Assembly: GCA_041662445.1 (NCBI GenBank)
Contig: JBAZSL010000007.1
Coordinates: 7,064 to 71,063, forward strand
Reading direction: 5' to 3'
Origin: Candidatus Babeliales bacterium
GTDB lineage: Bacteria > Babelota > Babeliae > Babelales > RVW-14
DNA length: 64,000 bases
Shown here: positions 46,338 to 56,200 of the stretch, piece by piece
Layout of the letters: the number at the start of each line of letters is the position of its first letter
Position numbering within the stretch: the stretch's first letter is position 1
Notes under the pieces: generated by a model
The model's database searches: none
Told to the model about the DNA's origin: nothing
What the model saw: the letters and a program-made list of their open reading frames with translations, nothing else
Position numbers and translations under genes: made by a program

Positions 46338-47722
46338 TACAACTCCCCAGGGCCAAGATCCTCAAAACGCGTTATCTCTCCGATAAAACGAACGTTAAAA
46401 TTCCCCACCGGACCGTTACGCTGTTTTCCCACAATGACTTCGGCAATGTCGGGACGCTCAGTATCCGGGTTATATACTGCCTCACGATAAATGAAAAATA
46501 TGACATCGCCATCCTGCTCAATAGCGCCAGATTCACGCAAGTCTGAAAGCAATGGCCGTTTATCCATCCTGTTTTCAAGCGATCGTGATAACTGCGAAAG
46601 GGCCAACACGGGAATATCAAGTTCTTTTGCCAGCGCCTTAAGCGCTCGCGAAATAGCAGAGATTTCTTGCGTTCTATTTTCATGCCGCTGATGAGAATGC
46701 AGCAATTGTAAATAGTCGATAACGATTAAGGAAACATTCTCTTGAGCCTTTAGTTTGCGAGCCTTTGCGCGCAACTCCATAATATTAAGTGACGGTGAAT
46801 CATCGATAAAAATCTTTGCTTCAGCAAGCCTACCTGCAGCATTAGTCACCGTTATCCATTCATCAGGACTCACCAACGCATTACGTATTTTTTGGTGAGG
46901 AATTCGAGACTCGGCTGAAAGCATACGCAATACCAGCTGCTCGGCAGCCATTTCAAGCGAGAAGATTCCAACCGCCCCACCGGCTTGCCATGCCGAAAGT
47001 GCGATATTAAGAGCCAAGGCCGTTTTGCCCATCGAAGGGCGAGCCGCCAAAATTAAAAGATCACCCCGCTGCATTCCGGAGGTCATACGATCAAAAGCGA
47101 CAAATCCCGTCGGCACACCCGTCACCCCCTCGTGAGTCGTTTTGACCAGCGCCAATTGCTGAAAAGTTTTTTTGAGCAGGTCATCAATACGAACAAACGC
47201 TGGAGCTACGAGTCGATTTGAAATTTGAAAAATTTTCTGTTCGGCACTATCAAGAACTGTATCAATTTGTTCACTCGAGCGATCGTAGCACGAGGTAATA
47301 ATGCCAGCAGCTGAGTGAATCAGTTCACGCAGCACCGCCTTATCTTTGACAATGCGCGCATGTTGCGCCATTAATCCAAGAGCAGGAATATCTTCCTGCA
47401 ACTCCATGAGGTAGGCAATGCCCCCTGCCGCTTCCAATAAGTTTTTGTTTTGGAGATGGTCCTGGAGAACCAGAAGATCAATTTTTTTATTGGCCTGCGT
47501 AAGCTCAAGTATCGCCTGATAAAGAGTACCGTGCTGATTGCTATAAAAATCGGCCGGCCTCAGAATATCTGCAACAAGTGTAATCAGTTGATCATCAAGC
47601 AAAAGCGCGGCAAGCACCGATTTCTCAGCCTCGATACTTGCCGGTAAACTTTTACCTAATAACCCCTCAGGCGATGCTGATTCCCTACGCCATTGCCCTA
47701 CACGTGAAGGGTTCTCGGTCAT
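46337..47722 (-). CDS. dnaB: replicative DNA helicase DnaB
   Basis: N-terminal PASIEAEKSVLAALLLD, Walker A ILAARPSMGKTALALN, and IVIDYLQLL. 461 aa. Confidence 0.95.
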   Translation of the reverse strand: MTENPSRVGQWRRESASPEGLLGKSLPASIEAEKSVLAALLLDDQLITLVADILRPADFYSNQHGTLYQAILELTQANKKIDLLVLQDHLQNKNLLEAAGGIAYLMELQEDIPALGLMAQHARIVKDKAVLRELIHSAAGIITSCYDRSSEQIDTVLDSAEQKIFQISNRLVAPAFVRIDDLLKKTFQQLALVKTTHEGVTGVPTGFVAFDRMTSGMQRGDLLILAARPSMGKTALALNIALSAWQAGGAVGIFSLEMAAEQLVLRMLSAESRIPHQKIRNALVSPDEWITVTNAAGRLAEAKIFIDDSPSLNIMELRAKARKLKAQENVSLIVIDYLQLLHSHQRHENRTQEISAISRALKALAKELDIPVLALSQLSRSLENRMDKRPLLSDLRESGAIEQDGDVIFFIYREAVYNPDTERPDIAEVIVGKQRNGPVGNFNVRFIGEITRFEDLGPGEL

Positions 47723-47733
47723 ATCAATAACCG

Positions 47734-48186
47734 TTATTTCTGAAGTGATGGCTCAACTTTGAGCGTCAACTGTGGTTGCAACTTTGACGTAAGTCGAATC
47801 GTAATTTTGTGTTCGCCGATGCTCTTAACAGATTTGTTGAACTCAACTTGTTTCTTGTTAATCACAATGTCTTTTTCGCGCAGAAGAGCAACAATTTCCT
47901 CGGCGCCTACTGACCCATACAATTTTCCATCATCGTGAACACGTTCTTTGATGAGAAGGTGAAGAGATTTAATACGCTCAGCAACCATGGCAACTTTGCT
48001 GCTCACAACTTCAACAGCCACCTGCTCACGATGCTTTTTCGTTTTATAAAAATCGGCATTGGCGGGTGTTATTTCAACCGCTAAATGGCGTGGGATAAGA
48101 AAATTTGTTGCGTAACCATCTGTTACGGTAATAATCTGCCCTGTCATCCCTACGCGTTCAACGTCTTTAAGCATGTAGACTTGCAT
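47734..48186 (-). CDS. rplI: 50S ribosomal protein L9
   Basis: MQVYMLKDVERVGMTGQIITVTDGYATNFLIPRHLAVE… is a canonical L9 N-domain. 150 aa. rplI-dnaB adjacency is common. Confidence 0.92.
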   Translation of the reverse strand: MQVYMLKDVERVGMTGQIITVTDGYATNFLIPRHLAVEITPANADFYKTKKHREQVAVEVVSSKVAMVAERIKSLHLLIKERVHDDGKLYGSVGAEEIVALLREKDIVINKKQVEFNKSVKSIGEHKITIRLTSKLQPQLTLKVEPSLQK

Positions 48187-48293
48187 GACACCCTCATTTG
48201 TTTTTTATATATAAGACTCTTGTTTTAGATTGCCACCAGTATAAAGCAAAAATTGGTCAATGGCACATCCCGTAGAAAAGAGCCAATAAACCC

Positions 48294-49544
48294 TTAGATC
48301 GTTTCAGGAATAATTTTGTGATATCCAAAATGCCCACAATATACAACGGGAAGATGAATGTAATTTGCTTTAAGTTGTGCTGATAGAAAAAGAATTTTTC
48401 TAAAAACACCGTCGAACCAACTATCATTAGCAAATAAAAAAACCCAAACATTACGCGTGCCCTTACGCACGTCATCAAAATCATGTGGCTGACAAAAGAA
48501 AAATTCTAGGCAAATACGCGGGACAACGCGCAGATTGTTTTCCATATCAAAAAAAGAGACCCCACACGTATCAACACCATCACAAAATTCAACCGTGTCG
48601 CCAATAAATGCCTTCTTAAGGGCAGAAACTCTTCTCCATGAAGGAGGCATCTTTTCAACAAATGGGGTAAGAAGTTTTTTAACATAAAATTTAATTATCA
48701 GACCTTTGTGCAACCAAAAAACAGCCTGAAAAAACCGTCCATCCCGCTCAATCACGCTTCCCATAAGCACATGCTCATTAAGCGCACACGCCCGATCCCA
48801 TTGCGCAATAACACATGGATAATAATTCAACGGAAAACAAAACATGCTTTCTGGCGTAACCCATATCGTTGCTCGCGGCGCAGAGAGTTGCTGCGCATGC
48901 AACCGAACAAACTGTTCATAAATCTTCTGTCCAACACCGTAAGGATTCCTCCGCCACGCAGCATCTGCATTCATCACGCGGTTAACAACCGGAGGACAAT
49001 ATCCAAGACCCTCAACATCATGTACCGTTGTCTGTTTGCCAACCACCATCATCGCGCACAATGAAACAATACGAAGAAATGGACGATACGCCGCAAGCGG
49101 CACCAATGGGTTGATAAACGGATATCCAACAAATCCCAAGGGACGAACCACCCAATCAATGGCGACAAACCAATACACCAATGAAACACCTACAAACCAA
49201 AAAATTTTACGCGTGCCCGAAAAAAAACGTGCCGCGCTCCACAGCCAAAGACCACTTGAGAGCGAAAAGCAGGTCACAACGACACTATAAATGAGAACCG
49301 CCAGCAACCAATGCGCCGAAGAATGACGAAGCACCACTAACAACAACCACGAAAAATGCGGCCCGAAGGTGCATAACCCCCACATAAATCCATCACGCCC
49401 AGCGTGACGTGATGCGCGCGCAACGCCAACGAGTGGCACGAGAAAAAAAAGTATAAGCACGCCACAATATTCAGGACAAAAAAAAGCGAGATTAAACATC
49501 AACGCCGAAAGTCCAATGCGATACCACAAAGCGCTTCTCCTCAA
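48294..49544 (-). CDS. lnt: apolipoprotein N-acyltransferase-like (Lnt)
   Basis: N-terminal polytopic membrane part plus a CN-hydrolase domain with an E/K/C triad context: IWVTPESMF, KKLLTPFVEKMP and RICLEFFF. Confidence 0.7.
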   Translation of the reverse strand: MRRSALWYRIGLSALMFNLAFFCPEYCGVLILFFLVPLVGVARASRHAGRDGFMWGLCTFGPHFSWLLLVVLRHSSAHWLLAVLIYSVVVTCFSLSSGLWLWSAARFFSGTRKIFWFVGVSLVYWFVAIDWVVRPLGFVGYPFINPLVPLAAYRPFLRIVSLCAMMVVGKQTTVHDVEGLGYCPPVVNRVMNADAAWRRNPYGVGQKIYEQFVRLHAQQLSAPRATIWVTPESMFCFPLNYYPCVIAQWDRACALNEHVLMGSVIERDGRFFQAVFWLHKGLIIKFYVKKLLTPFVEKMPPSWRRVSALKKAFIGDTVEFCDGVDTCGVSFFDMENNLRVVPRICLEFFFCQPHDFDDVRKGTRNVWVFLFANDSWFDGVFRKILFLSAQLKANYIHLPVVYCGHFGYHKIIPETI

Positions 49545-49980
49545 TCTGAGCCGTTGTACAAGATACTTTGGTCAGCATACAACGAAGGCTGCAAATGAGA
49601 ATACCGCGTTCACACAATTGTATACCGCACAAAAGAGCAGGATCTTGCCGCTTTGCATCACGCGCACAGCGCAGCGATAATACTATCGATCGTTGCGCTG
49701 CCGATGGAAACCAGTAATGCAAAAGTTTGCTCATATCATATACAAGCACGTTGTCGGCACCCAACGTTTTTTTATACAGCGCATCAAAGTGATGTTGTAT
49801 AAAAACAAGATCGGCATCAAAAATTGCTTCTGCTTGAGAAAAGTTGTGATGACATATGGCGCGTTGGCACGCAAGATCATGATACAAGCCCGCAACAAAC
49901 CACGCATGGAGCACGAGCATTGTTAACAAAAGAGACATCACCATAACAATGAGCAACGCTGAACCTTGCTTACTCTTCAT
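49492..49980 (-). CDS. minor pseudopilin, GspK/PilX-like (no Glu+5)
   Basis: The ATG at 49980 overlaps the upstream stop (ATGA). N-terminus MKSKQGSALLIVMVMSLLLTMLVL matches the GspK-type 'G-x-ALL/I-x-V' hydrophobic start. Confidence 0.55.
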   Translation of the reverse strand: MKSKQGSALLIVMVMSLLLTMLVLHAWFVAGLYHDLACQRAICHHNFSQAEAIFDADLVFIQHHFDALYKKTLGADNVLVYDMSKLLHYWFPSAAQRSIVLSLRCARDAKRQDPALLCGIQLCERGILICSLRCMLTKVSCTTAQIEEKRFVVSHWTFGVDV

Positions 49981-50522
49981 GTCAGCATCCGAGATCGTAA
50001 CTTCACGGGGTGGTGGTAACAAACTTGTCCATCATGTGTCTCATAGCGTATGCGTGCACGTTTAATCATACGCCGATCGCGGCCCAGGAATAATTCAAGT
50101 CTCAATGTACTCAGAGCGCACCCCATAATACTTATGCCCCGCTTGGTCCATCGACGCGTATGGAAATTATACACACCCTCACTCCGCCGCACCCCACTTC
50201 TTCCATTAGCAAGCACCGTTGTCTCCCATCCAACCTGCACACGCACCGGAGCATAGGCAGCGTCTAAATATTCGCACGTCATCACAAAATTTTTAGTATC
50301 CCATGATGCAGGACTTGGTGAGGAGGACATAAGATCACGTGCAATGACATCAAGGATTGTTGCTGTCTCAACTGTTGCACATGCTGGCCGTTGAAGCTTA
50401 ATAAGCGACGAATAGATTGTGGAACAAAAGCCGCCCACGCCAAGAGCAAGCAACGATACCAATGTGGCGTATACCAGCAGCTCAAGAAGCGTAAATGCTG
50501 ACGCCTGCTTTATCATCATCAT
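49977..50522 (-). CDS. type II secretion / type IV pilus minor pseudopilin
   Basis: MMMIKQASA|FTLLELLVYATLVSLLAL is a prepilin-type N-terminal methylation motif with Glu+5. Confidence 0.7.
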   Translation of the reverse strand: MMMIKQASAFTLLELLVYATLVSLLALGVGGFCSTIYSSLIKLQRPACATVETATILDVIARDLMSSSPSPASWDTKNFVMTCEYLDAAYAPVRVQVGWETTVLANGRSGVRRSEGVYNFHTRRWTKRGISIMGCALSTLRLELFLGRDRRMIKRARIRYETHDGQVCYHHPVKLRSRMLT

Positions 50523-50880
50523 CAACCACCGTAACGTCGAATGACGTATGACGTACATCATTGTGTGGATGCACCACTATTCTATGCGCCATAACATGCT
50601 GGGCTATCCATGAAAAAACATCCTGCGCGGGAGCAACAGCGTTACTTGTAGTCAGGGGATGAACTGCAACGTCAAAACTCTCCGCAACGTCAGCATCGCG
50701 CTGTTCGTTACCACCCTCGTATACCGCTTGTGTTACACGCAACAACGACGTCGACACGATAACTTCGCGATACAAGATGGCAATATCGTTAACAAGATGT
50801 AACGTCACCACCACCACACTACTCATCAAGACAAGCGCTACCGCTAACTCAAGAAGCAAGAAACCGTCTGAACCCTTCAT
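50482..50880 (-). CDS. type II secretion / type IV pilus minor pseudopilin
   Basis: The ATG at 50880 follows RBS GGTGAAAGG. MKGSDG|FLLLELAVALVLMSSVVV is a prepilin motif with Glu+5. The track ORF's upstream 66 codons were rejected. Confidence 0.7.
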   Translation of the reverse strand: MKGSDGFLLLELAVALVLMSSVVVVTLHLVNDIAILYREVIVSTSLLRVTQAVYEGGNEQRDADVAESFDVAVHPLTTSNAVAPAQDVFSWIAQHVMAHRIVVHPHNDVRHTSFDVTVVDDDDKAGVSIYAS

Positions 50881-50978
50881 CCTTTCACCTTTCAACCCGG
50901 TAATACCAGAGTGTTGACACTCCATGGCAAAGAGCATAGATTTTATAATAGTAATATTTAAAAACTGAGGGGACCAAT

Positions 50979-53078
50979 ATGAAGAACATTTTTTCATGTA
51001 GTGCGTACATCGCCATCCTCCTCTTGTCCTGCAACGGCCCAGCTTTAGCACAACCGGCACAACCAACAGAAGAGTCATTTGATATTGAGTCGTTTTTCAA
51101 AGAGCTTGAGGCAGAACTTAAAAAAGCAGAAGAACAAGAAGCTACTCATAAAACACGCAAAGATTCAGATGGCGGCGCCTCGGTCGCTGGTACACCCCGG
51201 TTGCCAGAACAATTACCGCCGGCACCAGTTATCACGCAACTACCATTACCCGAAAAAACAGATCCTGAATCTATTTTTGTAACACCTGAGTTACAGACCG
51301 TAGAAATTGACCGTCAGAAAATCACCGAACCTACACTCGATTCTATTGCAGCATTCCGTACGGTCATGGATGACAATAACGCCGATCGCCCGGAGCCAAC
51401 ATACGATGGATTTATTACCCATCTCACCGAACTTAAAAATACGATAATGAGTCGTTCTTCAGCGCTCTCTGATCACTTTAGATCTGATTTCCGTACGCTG
51501 TATCAGAAATCTTTGGAGCACATCATTATCATGGTCAATCAAATTGGTGGAAACACAAACTACATAAAACTATTTTTGGTGCCACCGCAAACCATGGCCA
51601 AGGACATCGACGAAACACGCCGGAAAATTGTCGATTGTTTGAAAACGATAAAAAGAGTTCTCCCTCAAATCACCATACTTAATGAAGAAGAAGAACCCAT
51701 TACATTACTTCAAGAGCTTGCGCGCAAAGGCGCGTCGTCAACAAAATCATCTGACGAGCACCAAGAAAAAGATCAACATCAGCACGATTCCCCTCTTGGC
51801 GTGTATCGTCACCAAGGCACGCTTTCGCAACTTGAGCGGTCAATTAACAATGCACTCAACTACCTGAGCTCCATTGAAAAAGGGCTCACTACATTTGTTA
51901 CCTCAAAAGAAATTGAAGAAGCCACCCAAAAACTTGTTACTGTTCAAACCGCAAAAGAAAAAGCGGCACAAGCTAAGCGGGCACAGAAAACTTACCAAGG
52001 AAGCGCAGGAGATTGGTGGCGCAGCCCCTATCAACCTTCGCGTAGCCCTTATGCGCCATCTACGGCTCCCTATACCCCCTATCATGAGCCGCAGGCCGCT
52101 CCCTGGTGGAACAATCTCAACTCATTGTGGAATCCTGATACAACCGCACCGTCAGGCTATACACCTTCAGCGTCTGGATTATCTACATCTACATCGCAAC
52201 CAGGCGGCACAAGCAAACAGGCTCCCGGAAAAGTCACCAAAGAAAAAGAAGCTGAGACGGCTCATGGCAGGTCGCCTGACCAAGCAGCAGGGCAAGATCC
52301 TGTTAGCCATGCCATAAACACCATAAATCGAACGGCTGAAACCGCAAAACAGGCGCTTGCTGCTACCAAAGCAATGGCACCAGATGAAGCAGCTCGCTAC
52401 CTTCTTACCACGCAAACACTTTCAAAACTTGCCCACCAGCTTGAACGCATTGAACGGGCAAAAGAGAATTTACCCGAAGAAGCCACCGAAAAAACATCGC
52501 AGGCTGGAGGCATCAAGAAGCGAGGGCATATGGCTCGTCTTATGGAGCCAAGCTCCACAAAACAGCCCGACAAAATAAAAGCTGCCGAGAAAAATCTTAG
52601 CAAATTTTTTACAGAACTTGCGCCGCTCATCCTCAGAGCTGCTACGATTACTGCGCCGGGCAGAGAACAAGAACAAGCGGCAACGCTTAAACTTTACCCA
52701 CAAGCGGACATACAGCATGCACTTACGCAAAATAATAACAAAATCGTTGAAGAGCGTGCGCGAGAGCTCTTAAATCAAGATCAAGCAGAATGGAAAAAAC
52801 AGTTTGCCGCAGTGCGTGATATTGAAGCTCCGGCACAAGTCGACGCGATTCGCAGCGCTTTCAAAGAGCAAAAGAAACGGCTTGAGACGCTCGGGTCACA
52901 ATTCCCCTTCCCCCCAGAAGCTTTTACGAAAAAACTTGAGCAGATTAACAAGAAGCTCAACAAGTTGGAGCCTGCGCCAAAACCTGCTGCGCCCGCTCCG
53001 GTAGCTGCTCCCGCGCCAGTTGCAGCACCAGCAGCAGCTGTAGCACCAGATCCCGCAGGAAAAGCAGCGGCCGTTTAG
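50979..53078 (+). CDS. secreted lipoprotein-like, Pro/Tyr/Ala-rich low-complexity protein (699 aa)
   Basis: Signal peptide with lipobox-like ILLLSC|NG. Helical acidic regions, an SPY/APY/TPY-rich segment with two WW dipeptides, and a C-terminal (APAPVA)n tail. Confidence 0.7.
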   Translation: MKNIFSCSAYIAILLLSCNGPALAQPAQPTEESFDIESFFKELEAELKKAEEQEATHKTRKDSDGGASVAGTPRLPEQLPPAPVITQLPLPEKTDPESIFVTPELQTVEIDRQKITEPTLDSIAAFRTVMDDNNADRPEPTYDGFITHLTELKNTIMSRSSALSDHFRSDFRTLYQKSLEHIIIMVNQIGGNTNYIKLFLVPPQTMAKDIDETRRKIVDCLKTIKRVLPQITILNEEEEPITLLQELARKGASSTKSSDEHQEKDQHQHDSPLGVYRHQGTLSQLERSINNALNYLSSIEKGLTTFVTSKEIEEATQKLVTVQTAKEKAAQAKRAQKTYQGSAGDWWRSPYQPSRSPYAPSTAPYTPYHEPQAAPWWNNLNSLWNPDTTAPSGYTPSASGLSTSTSQPGGTSKQAPGKVTKEKEAETAHGRSPDQAAGQDPVSHAINTINRTAETAKQALAATKAMAPDEAARYLLTTQTLSKLAHQLERIERAKENLPEEATEKTSQAGGIKKRGHMARLMEPSSTKQPDKIKAAEKNLSKFFTELAPLILRAATITAPGREQEQAATLKLYPQADIQHALTQNNNKIVEERARELLNQDQAEWKKQFAAVRDIEAPAQVDAIRSAFKEQKKRLETLGSQFPFPPEAFTKKLEQINKKLNKLEPAPKPAAPAPVAAPAPVAAPAAAVAPDPAGKAAAV

Positions 53079-53207
53079 AATATTTTGCTTATAGCCCTCT
53101 GCCAGCCCTAGTATCAAAACAAATCTTAAACTCTTGCATTCCCATAAACCACCCAAATATGCTGCAGCCATGTCTTTGATAATTTCCACAAAAAGGAGAT
53201 CATTCTC

Positions 53208-56200
53208 ATGGCATTTAGCTATCGCTGCAAAAACACCATTACTATCATCGCGCCTTTTATTTTATTTTTCCCAACACCAACGCTTCATGCCGTAAGCTAC
53301 GGTTCAGATACCGCGGTCTCCATCGTCAACCCCTTCAGCATTCCGGGTAGCACCGACAACATCATCAGAACATTTGGCGCCGCCAAAAACGGTTTTGCAT
53401 TTGTTGATAGCTCCGTAAGCTGTACCTTCAATTCCATTTATCCCGTTGCAGGCCCGGTTTCACTACGTGGCGGCAAACTGTATCTTCAAAGCGACCTTAC
53501 CCTTACCAATACCGGAACGTTTGCCGACCTTGGCAGCATTATCGGACAAGATCATGCGGTCAATCTTTCTCAAAGTTCCAACACTTTTGCAAGCCGCACC
53601 AACCCATCAGGAGCTCGCACGCTCGCCCTTGTTGCACGTACAACAGCAACACGAGCTATCTTTTCAGTCGACTGGTCATACAACAATCAATACTTAGCAG
53701 TCGTCATGAGCAGTGGAACGGGTAACGAGCTGCTTATCTACTCTTTTAACGGCACCGCGCTGAGCCTACTTAGAGGCGTCGAGTTGAGTGGTAGTGGCAC
53801 CTCGGTTCGGTGGCGACCAAATAGTTATTATCTCGCGGTTGCATCATCCTACACATCCGGCAAAATTCGCGTATATCTCTTCACCCCTGGGCCGAATACG
53901 CTCACTCTTAAAAATACTCAAAACCCTCCCGGAACCATAGCATCAGTTGCATGGCAAGGACGCGGAAGCTATCTCGCAGTTGCTGGTTCTGTAGTGTATG
54001 CCTATCGCTTCAACACCGGCACAGAACTCCTGGATAATCGCTGCACCGCAACTAACAACGCCGCGCTTGGCGGAAGTTCCACTTATGACAATATTCACTG
54101 GGCGCCAGTAGGGAACAAAGATGACTTTATTGTTGGTACAAGTGGCGGAAGATTACATTTATATAATTTCGATAGCACCGCCTCGACAAGTCTTAGCCAC
54201 TTAAAAAATTATAATATTGCCACAGGAATCAGATCTCTCGATTGGTCTCCAACCAGCACCTATATTGCTCTTGGTTTTACCAGCGGCAACATTAGAACCT
54301 ATCAACACACCGCGGCGACCAATACCATAGGATTCAAAGCACTAGCAACCATCGCTGCAATAACAAATGCTCTCAGTTGGAAACCAAATGCAACAGAGCT
54401 CACTGCTGGATTCGGCTCATTTTCTGGCAGCGAACACCAATTTTTTCTCTTTAACACCACATCGTATGCGCTCACCAATGTATACAACATTGAAACAGGA
54501 AATCCGGTCAACGCCGTAAAATTTTCCAACACCGATGGCACCTACATAGCACGTGCTGATAACACAACCCGCTATCTTTCGATCTACAAAGAAAACTACT
54601 CACCTTTCATCTTCAACAATGTTAATCTTTTTCTTAACAGCAATCTCACCATTGGCACCCCTCTCACCTTTATTGGCAACTGCACCGTCAACGGCCGTGG
54701 CAATGGCATGACTTTTACTGGAGATGGTACCATCAACATTGCCACCAATAGTTTTCTCGGCGTTAGCAATAGTAATTTATTCTTTGAACGACCCAATGCC
54801 TTTGCCTTGCAGGGAAAAACATCACGACTAAGCCTCAATGATAGTAAAATAGGACTTAATAGCGACGTTGTTTTTGGTGACGGCTCGTGGGAAGTGTATA
54901 ACGATGTTGTGGTAACCGGCCCCCATACGTTTGCTTATTCAACCGCAAACACCTCAACCATTCACAGCAACGCATTTCTTACGTTTAGTAACAAAGCCAT
55001 ATTTGAAATAGGCAAGTCCCAAGATACCGGACTAGGGGCATCCGCAAGCACAAGCCAACCGCTTGAATTTGAAAACAGTTCTGCACATCTGGTGATTGAT
55101 AACGCCACGCTTCACGTCACCAACTCAGGGCTTGTCCTTAAAAAAGGTACTATTGATGTTTACAATAAATCAGACTTCGTTGTTGATTACACCGATACAA
55201 ATCAAAGTAAAACAACACAAGCGCTTGTCTTTGGCGACGGCGTTTCCAGTATTAATAGCCCAACGCTCATACTTCATGGAAATGGCACCAACCTTACCAT
55301 AAGCAACGGCGCTATTGTTCTTGATGCTTACCAAACACCCACATTGTTGCAATTCGACGGACAGGCAAAAATGACCCTCATTGAGACCGTATCGTTATAT
55401 TTTAAACAACCAGTCTCGCTCATCGATGGATGGATGAGACCATCAATGGACAGCTCTTTTTATTCCGACCCTAATGTGTATGTAACCGCACACAACGTAC
55501 GATTTGAGTACGCCGATATCTTCGCTGATTACAACGTAACCGGAACACTGCTCAATCCATTTAATACAATCCTCGGCTCTAATGATTACATTTTTGTTAA
55601 TCGCGGCAACTCCGTCGAAAACCTCATCATTAACGGACAAGGCGCTTCAGTTTCTGGTCTCGGCGGTCCGCTCGGCACCATCACGCTTTATGATGCAAAC
55701 GCAAGTTTCATATGGGACGTTGCAGGTGAGATTGGGGAAAGCGCTATTTATCTGAACGGAGGTATGCTTGCTATAACCCAAGACGTTAAAGCTACCACTG
55801 GTTTTACCTTTGGCGGAACGGGAACGGTAGATATAAGTGACAGAACATTCGAATTAGGATCAGCAGCCACCGAATGGGCTGGGAATATCTACTGGGCAAG
55901 CAATGGAGGATCTCTCAAGCTCAACAACAATGTGACCCTATCAGGAATTTGGACATTCAGCGGGAATCTTGCTGTCGATGGACAAGACTATCTCATTGAT
56001 TTAGGCCAAACCGGTACCATTATTCTTGAGCGTGGTGCACACGTAACATTCAGCCATATGTCCTTGTACAACTTGTCGAGAAGGAACCAGATAGTATGCA
56101 AGGACAATAATTGCGAAATTAAACTTATAATTGCTGACCTGTTGCTTGCTGGAGATTACTTGTTTGATAAGGGTAGTCTTTATGTTTATTACAACTCTAC

